A DNA stretch of 64,000 nt from Acidobacteriota bacterium (GTDB lineage Bacteria; Acidobacteriota; Vicinamibacteria; Vicinamibacterales; JAKQTR01). The first letter of the stretch is position 1; every line of letters starts with the position of its first letter. The notes under the pieces are model-generated. The model worked only from the letters and a program-made list of their open reading frames with translations, searched no databases and was not told the origin of the DNA. Made by a program: the position numbers and the translations under genes. The stretch covers positions 50,086 to 114,085 of the forward strand of contig JBAXOX010000005.1 in the NCBI GenBank assembly GCA_037133015.1, in the 5' to 3' direction. Of the stretch, positions 18,700 through 26,564 are shown piece after piece.

Positions 18700-19676
18700 T
18701 CACGAACACGACGTATCGAAGACTCTACGCGGCGGCCAGCGTCGCGCTTGCCGTGGCGCTCATCGCCTCGGGCGTGCGCGCGCAAGCGAACGACTTCTAC
18801 GCGAAACGTACGGAGATTCTCAAACAGGCGGCGGCCGACCGGAAGCAGGCCGAACTCGCGGGCAACGCCAATCGGAAGAAGCTCTACACGCTCTACCCGA
18901 CGCCGGAAATTCCGTTGACCAAGCCGGTGGTCGTCGCGGCCGGTTCGTCGGGCGTGATCAACCTCGTCGGAAAATTCCCCGACAAGACCACGTTCATCAG
19001 TCGCGACGAGGGCGTGGAGTTGAGCAACGTCGTGGTGGCCGCCAACTCGGTCAAGGCCACCGTGACCATCGCGGTCGGCGTGCCGCCGAGCTGGGGGCGC
19101 ATCTATGCGTTTGCGCCGGTCAGCGGCGCGGAGGCGTGGGTCCCGGCCATCTTCATTGGTACGCCGCAGACCTTCAACTTGTCCGCCAAGAATGGCTGGA
19201 CCATCAAGCTCGCGCCCGTGGCGCCGGCCTTCTCGATTACCAAGCCCGGCACGGCCAGCGCGCTGTACAAGGCCGAGTACTACAAGCCGGATTCGACGAC
19301 GCCGTTCGAGACCAGCACCGGGACGGTGGAGATCGAAGCCGAATCCAGTGTCGGGCAGTACAACTACATGATGTCGGTCGGCGCCGCCGGGGCGATTCAG
19401 GCCGAATATCAGGAGATCGCCGAGAAAATCGGGGCACTAATCAAGGCGAAAAAGTACACGGGTCCGGAGATGGCCGCCCTCCAGAAGCGGTCCGACGCGA
19501 TGTCGGCTCGGTTGGGGAAAGAGCTCCAGGAGCAGAACAGGGACCCGGCGGCCGCCCAGAAGAAGCAGGATGACTTCGGCTGCCAGACGATCAGCCTCTG
19601 GATCACCAAGGCCAAAACGTCGGGCAATATCAGCTGCGGCAAGAACGTCGGTACGCTGGACTTCACCGTCAAATGA
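18696..19676 (+). CDS. Secreted hypothetical protein
   Basis: Trimmed from ORF 18486..19676. ATG 18696 is preceded by AGGAGA (18681..18686) and has an ATGA overlap with the upstream stop. The signal peptide is MITNTTYRRLYAAASVALAVALIASGVRAQA. I recognise no domain. Confidence 0.7.
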   Translation: MITNTTYRRLYAAASVALAVALIASGVRAQANDFYAKRTEILKQAAADRKQAELAGNANRKKLYTLYPTPEIPLTKPVVVAAGSSGVINLVGKFPDKTTFISRDEGVELSNVVVAANSVKATVTIAVGVPPSWGRIYAFAPVSGAEAWVPAIFIGTPQTFNLSAKNGWTIKLAPVAPAFSITKPGTASALYKAEYYKPDSTTPFETSTGTVEIEAESSVGQYNYMMSVGAAGAIQAEYQEIAEKIGALIKAKKYTGPEMAALQKRSDAMSARLGKELQEQNRDPAAAQKKQDDFGCQTISLWITKAKTSGNISCGKNVGTLDFTVK

Positions 19677-19853
19677 GCACGCACAGTCAGCAGTTGCCCA
19701 ATGGCGATCGACAGATGACCGTGCTTGCTGGAACGGCTCACTCGATCGCCGTTGCGCACAACCGCCATCAGTTCTGGCACGTGATGAAGCGTTTTCTGGA
19801 GATGCCCGCCTCGCGCGCCGCGGGCGGCGTAGGCGGAGGCGGAGGCTGAGGCG

Positions 19854-21869
19854 CTACTTCTTGACGAATTTCGTGGGGTCGGCGTCAAACTTCTCTTTGC
19901 AGCCGGTGGCGCCAAAAAAATACATGTTGCCCTGGTACGTGCTGGTGAGTCCGGCCGCAACCGCCGTCTCCTCGAACACGTCGTTGCCACAGACAGGATC
20001 CTTCTTCGGCGGGGCGGCCTCGGCGTACAGGTCCGGCTGCTTGGCAAACCGGTCCCGGCAGTCCTTGGACACGAAGTAGTAGGTCTTGGCGTTGACAGTG
20101 AGGGTCAGGCCCGCCGCGGTGGCCGATTCCTCATCCACCGTGATGCGGCATGCCGGGTCCATACTTGCCGCCTTCCCGCCCGCCGATGGAACGCGAGGCG
20201 CGGTTTCCCCGGCCGGCTCGGCGGGGGTCGCGGCCGGCAACCGCGCATCCACAACCTGATCGGAGGCAGGCAGGTTGCGCGGTCTCGACATGCGGCTCAT
20301 GCCAGGCCGAGCCCGGAGCATTTGAGGAAATGCCTCGGCATCCGGTCGCTCGTCGTCGTCGTCGACGCGGGCGGGCGCAGTCCCGGCGGCGGTCGGGATG
20401 CGGCGCCACACGGCGGCGACAGGGGCGGAGGGCAGCGGTTGACTGTCCCGCACGTACTGAGCCGGTGCCTTCTCGAAGCGGTGTTGGCAGTCATCCGAAC
20501 AGAACGAGTACGACTGCCCTCGGTACGACGCCACGCGTCCGGCTCCCCGGGCCTTCTGTTGATCGACCTCCATCCCGCACACCGGATCCGTGTCGGGCAC
20601 CGAGATCCCCATCGCCGTCATTTTCATCCGGCTCTCCGAATCGAGCAGGAAGTTGCCTGACAAGACGATGCGCTCGCCGGCCATCAGGCCCTTGACGATT
20701 TCAACGCGGTCGTCGACCCGCCAACCCGTCTCGACTCGCCGGGCTTCGAAGTACCCGTTGCCCCGATCGACGTAGACCGTCTTGCGGCCGCCGGAGTCAA
20801 CGACGGCCTCAGTGGGCACCGTCACCGCGTCGGGCAACGTGATGTCCAGTCCGACGTCCACCAGCATGTCGGGTCTCAGCAGGTACTCCGGATTATCGGC
20901 TTCGAGGCGCAGCTTCAATGTGCGCGTAGCCGGATCGAACTGCGGCAGCGTCTCGCTGACGCGGGCCTTGATGGGGCGGTTCCTCTGGTACGGGAACGAC
21001 ACCTGCGCGATCGCGCCAGGGCCCACATACTGGGCGTCGCCTTCGAAGACCTCGGCGAGCACCAGCACGCGGCTGATATCGGCGATCCGGTAGAGTTCCG
21101 TTGCCCGGTCGAAGCGCTGACGCGCGAAGACGTTTCGCGCCACGACCATGCCGGCTGTGGGGGACCGGAGGGCGATGCTGCTTGCGGCCTTGCGTGTCTT
21201 CGCAATCTCGGCGAGTTGGATGTCGTCCATGCCGAGCGCCTGCAGTGTTTCGGCGGCGGTCCGTATCTGACTCTCCAGCGATCCCAGCTGATTGGCCGAC
21301 TCGCGTCCCTCCGACCGGAAGCGGTCGCGGGCGTCGAGCGCATAGAAATACGAGCCTTGCGCGGCCAGAAATTCCCGACTGTAGAACGTCAGAAGCAGCT
21401 GGTTCTTCTCGACCACCGCCCCCGTCTGGCCCGCGTACACTTCTTTGACCCAGCCATCGATCGCGGTCACCAGCCGGAACACGCGATTCTCGTCCGGCAC
21501 CACGCGACCCACCGTCCGCAGTGTGCGCCGCAGCGGTGACCGGGCCGTGACACCAATGGTGACGCCAATGGCCTGCTGTTTCTCGGCGCTCACCTTCAAC
21601 GCACCGGCCGGAACCGCAGCGCCTGACGCGGGCGGCGCGCCATCGGCATAGACCGGCTCGAGTTGCATGCCGCAGTCGGGCGCGATACCCGGCTTGTCGG
21701 ATTTGTAGGAGGGATGCATGGGGTCCACGAAGTAGAGGACCTTGCGCGACGCGACGTCTCGGCCTCGGCTTGCAGCCTGCCAGCTTACCCAGGCGCCGGC
21801 CAGAAACGCGCTCGTGACGAGCACGACTACGAGGCCCGCGAGCCAAGTCCGCTTCATGGTGACGTCCAT
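19854..21869 (-). CDS. CusB-like RND adaptor with an N-terminal heavy-metal-binding domain and three C-terminal YHS/TRASH-type domains
   Basis: Trimmed from ORF 19854..22034, because a terminator lies inside the putative N-terminal extension. It has a TM anchor MKRTWLAGLVVVLV and an HMBD-like YFVDPMHPSYKSDKPGIAPDCGMQLEPVY, followed by the adaptor barrel and hairpin. There are three YHS-like units: DPVCGMEVDQQKA...YSFCSDDCQHRFEKAPAQY; DPACRITVDEE...YYFVSKDCRDRFAKQPDLY; DPVCGNDVFEE...YFFGATGCKEKFDADPTKF. The start is ATG 21869 or 21857. Confidence 0.85.
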   Translation of the reverse strand: MDVTMKRTWLAGLVVVLVTSAFLAGAWVSWQAASRGRDVASRKVLYFVDPMHPSYKSDKPGIAPDCGMQLEPVYADGAPPASGAAVPAGALKVSAEKQQAIGVTIGVTARSPLRRTLRTVGRVVPDENRVFRLVTAIDGWVKEVYAGQTGAVVEKNQLLLTFYSREFLAAQGSYFYALDARDRFRSEGRESANQLGSLESQIRTAAETLQALGMDDIQLAEIAKTRKAASSIALRSPTAGMVVARNVFARQRFDRATELYRIADISRVLVLAEVFEGDAQYVGPGAIAQVSFPYQRNRPIKARVSETLPQFDPATRTLKLRLEADNPEYLLRPDMLVDVGLDITLPDAVTVPTEAVVDSGGRKTVYVDRGNGYFEARRVETGWRVDDRVEIVKGLMAGERIVLSGNFLLDSESRMKMTAMGISVPDTDPVCGMEVDQQKARGAGRVASYRGQSYSFCSDDCQHRFEKAPAQYVRDSQPLPSAPVAAVWRRIPTAAGTAPARVDDDDERPDAEAFPQMLRARPGMSRMSRPRNLPASDQVVDARLPAATPAEPAGETAPRVPSAGGKAASMDPACRITVDEESATAAGLTLTVNAKTYYFVSKDCRDRFAKQPDLYAEAAPPKKDPVCGNDVFEETAVAAGLTSTYQGNMYFFGATGCKEKFDADPTKFVKK

Positions 21870-22009
21870 TGGTGCAACGCGTTGCCGCGCCCCGCCTGTC
21901 GGCGGTTTCCCGCTGTTCGACTCGCCGAAGACTAGTCTACGATGAGCGCCCTTCGGGTTCCAGTGACAATCCCCGACGTCCCTGCCAGAGCGCATGGCGG
22001 ACCGCCAGC

Positions 22010-22043
22010 AAAAAAAAGCCCCGCGAGCCGACACTCGCGGGGC
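22010..22043 (-). terminator. Canonical Rho-independent terminator after the multicopper oxidase gene
   Basis: The minus strand reads GCCCCGCGAG-tgtcgg-CTCGCGGGGC followed by TTTTTTTT (plus-strand A8 at 22010..22017). It begins 35 nt after the oxidase stop codon (22079). Confidence 0.85.
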
Positions 22044-22078
22044 CTATTGTTCAGTCCGGCTGCCGCGTCGTCGACGCG

Positions 22079-24331
22079 CTACTTGGGAATGACGACGAAG
22101 GGCCGCATCATGTCGTGCTCCTCGTGCTCGAGGATGTGGCAGTGCCAGACGTACTCGGCGCCGAAGATGCCCTGCGCGGCGAGCCGCGGGCTGTTGGGCA
22201 CCGTGAACGGAACGGCGGGCAACTTGACTCGCATGACCACGGAGGTCACCTCGCCCGGGTTCATACGCACCGTCTCTTTCCAGCCCTTTTCGTTCGGGTC
22301 TGGACCCGTGGGGCTGCCGGTAAAGGTCGGAATTCCAGAACCGTAGTTGGCCAGATCGAACGGAGTTCGCTGGAGGACCTGCACGTTGACCAGGTGGAAG
22401 TGCATCGGGTGCGAGTCGGCCGTGGTATTGACGATGTGCCAAACCTCGACGTCGCCTTCGCGCGCGATCTCGGTCGGCGTATCTTCGAGCGGCGTTCCCA
22501 GCCAATTGCTCCCGCTGTGCCCGTACCCGGGACTCGCGACAGGCGTATCGTTCGACGGGTGGAACGAGTCGATCGTTCCAAGCCGCTGCAGAAGCCGGCC
22601 AAATTCGTCGAAGTCCTCGTTGAGCGAGAGCCACCGTTCCTTGACGCCCGCTTTCCGGAGTGTCGCAAGGGCGAACGATTCGACGCCCGGGAGCGGATTC
22701 ACGCCGAGCTTGGAAACCGCCAACGCCTCGAGCAGGCCCAGGGTGGGCGAATCAGCTTTGGTTCCCTGGCCCAGCGTGTTGAACGGGCCCACCCGGAACT
22801 GCATGATGGTCTGGGTGTTCGGCCCCTGACCCGAAGCCGTCGTGGATGTGCCGAACCCAATGGTTCCCCCGGTGTGATAGTCGTTGATCGAATCCCCTCC
22901 CGGGAACGGCGCGGGCGTGTCGCTGTACAGAATGATCTTCGAACCCATGGGGCACTTCGAAAAGTCGATGATCACGTCCGCACGCTCGCCAGGGGCCACA
23001 AGGAGGTTGTACTTCAACGTCCCCGGAACCAAGTCTCCGGCCGTGTCGAACGTGGCCGAGAATGGCACAGGCGGATTATTCAGCGCCACCGGGAAGCGCA
23101 GGAAGCCTCCCTCGGTGCCGATTTGGATCATGCGTGGACCGGCTTTCTTGAGGTCGGGCTCCCCGGCATCCCCGGATTGGGCGTAATACAGTTGCAGGTT
23201 AAAGAACCTGGCTTGAGACCCGTTCAGAATACGGAACCGGTAGTGGCGCGGCTCGACCGCCAAATACGGGTACGGGCAGCCGTTGACCAGCATGGTGTCG
23301 GCGAAGAATTCCGGCACCGTGGACACGGGCAATGCGGTCGGATCGTTCTGCCCTACGCCGGTCGGCCCGACCCCCCAGCGGCTGCTTTCATACTGCCATG
23401 GGTACCAGAGGTCGCCTGGCTTCGCACCACTTACCGGATAGTTGGGATCATCGCCATCGGGGCCGGCCCAAAAGGTCTTGTCCTGTATGACGAGCGGAAT
23501 GCCATACCGAAGGTAGCCCGGCAGCGTCGGGAGAATGCCGAGATTGATCAGGTTCTCCTCGAAATTGTCCACGATGAGGAGCCCCGACGCCATGCCGGCG
23601 TACGCGTTGATCCGCGTCAACCCGAAGGCGTGGTCGTGATACCACCCAAGCCTGGCGCTCTGCGCCATCGGATAGTAGTACTCGGCTTCGCCTACCGCTG
23701 CCCCATTTGGATTAGCGCCCGGGATCTGGTTGTTCACGAAGCTCAGTCCCGTGCGTCCGTCGGCGGCGAACCAGTCGAACGGTCCGCCGTCGCTCATCCA
23801 GGGCACCTCGCCGCCGTGGAAGTGTACCGCGGCACGGTTTGGATCCCCGAGAGGATCGACCCCCGCAACGGGGGCGGACGTGTCAACCGGCAGGATGTGG
23901 CTGGGGGGCATCTTGTTGACGAACGTCGCCTGGATCGGCGTCCCGCTCTTGGCGATGATCACGCCCCCCAGGTATTTCGAGTCGGGAGTCTTACCGTTCG
24001 TGATGTCCTGGTAGCCGATGAATCTCGCTCCCGTGCCGGGCAGATCCCCATGGAGCTTCTGGGTGTACTGGCTAATCTGAAATTTGTAATAGTCGACGGT
24101 GTACGGTCCTTTCGGCCCAGCGATGGTCCGTTTGATCGGCGAGGCGACCGGAATGTACAGCCCGTCTTCGTTGGCCGCTAGTGGATTGAGCCCCAGCGAG
24201 GGGAGCCGCTTGACGAACTTTCGAATCGCGGTGGTGGAGTTCCCGAAGGCCCACGCCATCTTCTGGGCCGCCAGAATTCCCATGCTGGCAAATGCGGACG
24301 CTTTAATGAACCGTCGTCTAGTCAAACCCAT
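22079..24331 (-). CDS. Tat-exported multicopper oxidase (CotA/CueO/bilirubin-oxidase-like)
   Basis: 750-aa ORF with AGGAGG 8 nt upstream of ATG 24331 and a twin-arginine signal MGLTRRRFIKASAFASMGILAAQKMAWA. All four copper motifs are present: VHFHGG, WYHDHA, HPMHFH and HCHILEHEEHDMM. Confidence 0.9.
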   Translation of the reverse strand: MGLTRRRFIKASAFASMGILAAQKMAWAFGNSTTAIRKFVKRLPSLGLNPLAANEDGLYIPVASPIKRTIAGPKGPYTVDYYKFQISQYTQKLHGDLPGTGARFIGYQDITNGKTPDSKYLGGVIIAKSGTPIQATFVNKMPPSHILPVDTSAPVAGVDPLGDPNRAAVHFHGGEVPWMSDGGPFDWFAADGRTGLSFVNNQIPGANPNGAAVGEAEYYYPMAQSARLGWYHDHAFGLTRINAYAGMASGLLIVDNFEENLINLGILPTLPGYLRYGIPLVIQDKTFWAGPDGDDPNYPVSGAKPGDLWYPWQYESSRWGVGPTGVGQNDPTALPVSTVPEFFADTMLVNGCPYPYLAVEPRHYRFRILNGSQARFFNLQLYYAQSGDAGEPDLKKAGPRMIQIGTEGGFLRFPVALNNPPVPFSATFDTAGDLVPGTLKYNLLVAPGERADVIIDFSKCPMGSKIILYSDTPAPFPGGDSINDYHTGGTIGFGTSTTASGQGPNTQTIMQFRVGPFNTLGQGTKADSPTLGLLEALAVSKLGVNPLPGVESFALATLRKAGVKERWLSLNEDFDEFGRLLQRLGTIDSFHPSNDTPVASPGYGHSGSNWLGTPLEDTPTEIAREGDVEVWHIVNTTADSHPMHFHLVNVQVLQRTPFDLANYGSGIPTFTGSPTGPDPNEKGWKETVRMNPGEVTSVVMRVKLPAVPFTVPNSPRLAAQGIFGAEYVWHCHILEHEEHDMMRPFVVIPK

Positions 24332-24528
24332 TGTTTCGCCCTCCTGAAGGCTGGGGAACCCTGAGGCGCGCGCGGCACGCGCGTCGCCCCGCCTCTGACA
24401 CTCGATAATGCCTCGACCAACCTGAAGGAATGCTCACAGTGTAAATGGGATAATTTGGCTCTTGTATGGGAAGACTGTCCTCCTTACAGTGACCTTTCGG
24501 TACTGGGAATGCATGGCACACAAGTACT

Positions 24529-24692
24529 AGTGGCCTGTCCCAGCTGAATAGGTAGTGGTTTCCGGAGCGCGGCGCCCGGTTCGCCAGAGACGCGAAACGC
24601 GAGAATTCCGGGAGTAGTTGAGCGTTGAGCAACGAAGCGAGGCGGGGTGCCCCGCTCGGAAGGCGTTATCGATTCAGCCTGGACAGGCCACT
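24529..24692. repeat. 12-nt perfect inverted repeat bracketing about 140 nt inside an A/T-richer intergenic region
   Basis: AGTGGCCTGTCC (24529..24540) and its exact reverse complement GGACAGGCCACT (24681..24692). The enclosed segment also holds a GCGGG-gtgc-CCCGC hairpin (24642..24655). Confidence 0.5.
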
Positions 24693-24727
24693 AAGTCGGC
24701 ATCACGGAGAGGAAGACTGCTGAGGAA

Positions 24728-25069
24728 TTACGACGAAACGGAGGCCTGGCGGCCGGCGAGCAGATACGACTCGATGGTCACCGCGCCAGCCCAAGCGCCG
24801 CCTGACAGGTCATCTTGATGCTGGCGCACGACGTGGCCCGTGCACTGGAGATTTGGCTGCGACGCCGGCCCGCGCAACGGTAACGCTACAAGCAATTCTA
24901 CCGCCGCGCCAGCCTCGGGCCACGGGTCGGCCGTCCTCAGCAGCACGCCGGTGCGGCTGACGTTCATGGTCCGTCCGGCATGCCATTCGATTTCGCCTTG
25001 CCGGCGGAACAGTACCGGCGTAGCGAGCGAAAATCGCCGTGCGCGCGCTCGGACCGGCTGCGAGGCCAT
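24728..25069 (-). CDS. PilZ-domain protein (putative c-di-GMP receptor)
   Basis: Trimmed from ORF 24728..25177 to ATG 25069 (MASQPVRARARRF...). It has the RxxxR motif (RARAR) and the (D/N)xSxxG motif (NVSRTG) at the expected spacing. Confidence 0.65.
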   Translation of the reverse strand: MASQPVRARARRFSLATPVLFRRQGEIEWHAGRTMNVSRTGVLLRTADPWPEAGAAVELLVALPLRGPASQPNLQCTGHVVRQHQDDLSGGAWAGAVTIESYLLAGRQASVSS

Positions 25070-25218
25070 GTTCGTGGTTTCCCCCCAAGTGATTAAACAG
25101 GACTGAATGGCTCGGGCAATGCCAGGCGCACACCGCCGGCGCATCACTCGCGTCGGCGTCGATCGCATCGACGCCACCGACCTAACCCCGCCTAACTATT
25201 TCAGCCCTTAGAGTTAAG

Positions 25219-25245
25219 ATACCACCGGCGGTAGTTTGGTGGTAT
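25219..25245 (-). terminator. Hairpin (8-bp perfect stem) downstream of the response-regulator gene; terminator or operator
   Basis: ATACCACC-N11-GGTGGTAT in an A/T-richer stretch, about 90 nt after the stop at 25335. On the minus strand it is followed by cttaactct (weak U-tract). Confidence 0.3.
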
Positions 25246-25334
25246 GGCCCAAGAGTAGTGGGCCGCCTGGTCCTGGCGGCTCGCTAAGGACTAGAAACAG
25301 GAGTGCAATTGTCGGCGATTGGATTCTTCGGAGC

Positions 25335-26054
25335 TCAGGAGGGACGACTGGCTGCTCGGGCTTGTCGGATCTTGGGGCGATCCTCAGCACCCTGCAGCAG
25401 CCGATGGTGTGCGGCGTAGAGCGCCAATTCGAGTCGGTTTGAGACGCCCAGTTTGTCGAAGATGTTTGAGAGGTGGTTCTTCACCGTCTGGGCGCTCACG
25501 CCCAACTGCGTGGCGACATCCTTGTTGGTGGCCCCGTCGACGATGGCGGCAATCACCTGAAGTTCGCGCGGTGTCACGAGCGCAGCCGGCTGCTCGGCTC
25601 GGGTGTCAAGACGTTCGGCTTCCAGCAGACTGCGCACCAGATCGCGGACCCGGTCACGGCCAATCCAGAATTCCCCGGCCGCCACGACGCGGAGACACTT
25701 GCAGAGCAGCGGTGCGGTCGAGTCCTTCGCAATCACACCTCGGGCGCCCAGTTTCAGTGCCTCGACGGTCTGTTCACCAGAAATATCATCGGTCATCAGG
25801 ACGGTCTTGACCGAGGGCGTCTTGTGTCGCAACTCCGCCAGTATCTCTGCGCCCTTCGTGCCGGGCATGGCGGGGTCGATCAGCAGCACGTCCGGCGCGA
25901 GGTCGTGCACGAGTTGTATGGCCTTGAGCCGGTCGGATGCCTCGCCCACGATGACGAGGCCGAGTTTCGGGTCGATCAGTTTCCGTAGTCCGGCCAAAAC
26001 GACCGGGTGCCGATCGGCGATGACGATGCGGATGGAATCGTGAGGGCTGCTCAT
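25335..26054 (-). CDS. NarL/FixJ-family response regulator (REC + LuxR-type HTH), with no cognate kinase gene nearby
   Basis: Trimmed to ATG 26054 (MSSPHDSIRIVIADRHPVVLAGL). It has the phospho-acceptor context DVLLIDPAMPG and the conserved K region GARGVIAKDS. The LuxR HTH is LTPRELQVIAAIVDGATNKDVATQLGVSAQTVKNHLSNIFDKLGV. Confidence 0.9.
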   Translation of the reverse strand: MSSPHDSIRIVIADRHPVVLAGLRKLIDPKLGLVIVGEASDRLKAIQLVHDLAPDVLLIDPAMPGTKGAEILAELRHKTPSVKTVLMTDDISGEQTVEALKLGARGVIAKDSTAPLLCKCLRVVAAGEFWIGRDRVRDLVRSLLEAERLDTRAEQPAALVTPRELQVIAAIVDGATNKDVATQLGVSAQTVKNHLSNIFDKLGVSNRLELALYAAHHRLLQGAEDRPKIRQARAASRPS

Positions 26055-26378
26055 CTGATGGGCCCCTGGTCTCTGATTCGACGCCTCGCCCGCAGACTCG
26101 ACGCGTGTGGAGCCAGCGGGCACGACATCCTGAAAGCGCGTTTACGTCGCCGTCTCTCGGTTCGGTCCGGCACGAGCCTCGGGAGCGAAACGGACTCGAT
26201 TCTGAATGAATTATCAGAGACGGATTCTAACAGAGAATCAGTGTCTGGCCGGGTACCTGATCGTCAGTAAACACAAACGTCGTCTGTGAGTGAGTGTCAC
26301 ACGTGTGCGCGGACCGGTGTGGTCGACAATATCATCGGCGTCGACAGCGCCCAACTCCGGGCGTACTCCGCGCGGTAA

Positions 26379-26564
26379 ACAGTTCAGCTGGTGCGCGACT
26401 GGCTCGCGCGCCAGTCCGTCGCGGCGTACACGAATGCGCCGCTCCTCGTGCGCGAGGGCGAGCAGTTGCCCGGGTTCGGCGTGCTGCTGGCGGATGGCTC
26501 GACCGCATCGGGTTGCTGGATCTTCGCCGGAGTGGAGGCCGGGCCTTCAGACCCGGCGATCACC
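26379..26564 (+). pseudogene. Relic of a formate-dehydrogenase-alpha-like molybdopterin oxidoreductase
   Basis: The frame reads TVQLVRDWLARQSVAAYTNAPLLVREGEQLPGFGVLLADGSTASGCWIFAGVE. YTNAPLLVRE and DGSTASGCWIFAG resemble two segments of E. coli FdnG as I recall them (YTNASLLVRDD; DDGTTASSCWIYTGS). In FdnG those segments lie hundreds of residues apart. There is an in-frame TAA at 26376 upstream, no start context, and the frame runs into the converging NMO gene. Confidence 0.3.

Noticed and set aside
19803-19826. GCCCGC-N10-GCGGGC hairpin between the convergent genes ending at 19676 and 19854, as a bidirectional terminator.
   Set aside because: The stem is only 6 bp with a 10-nt loop and no U-tract on either strand. 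This is too weak to call in GC-rich DNA, where such stems arise by chance.
21870-22034. N-terminal extension of the CusB-like ORF back to GTG 22034, and similar long extensions of track ORFs: 15378..16706, 18486..19676, 29454..32504, 46997..48889, 48964..50178, 50090..52102, 55720..57342 and 57770..60394.
   Set aside because: The extension at 22034 would include a canonical terminator hairpin. In every case an internal start gives a proper signal peptide, lipobox or family N-terminus, usually with a Shine-Dalgarno sequence or stop/start overlap, whereas the extensions are R/P/G-rich.
24505-24530. TGGCAC in atgcaTGGCACacaagTACTa as a sigma54 promoter for the multicopper oxidase.
   Set aside because: It lies on the plus strand (wrong orientation for both neighbouring genes), and the -12 element (TACT) lacks the GC dinucleotide.
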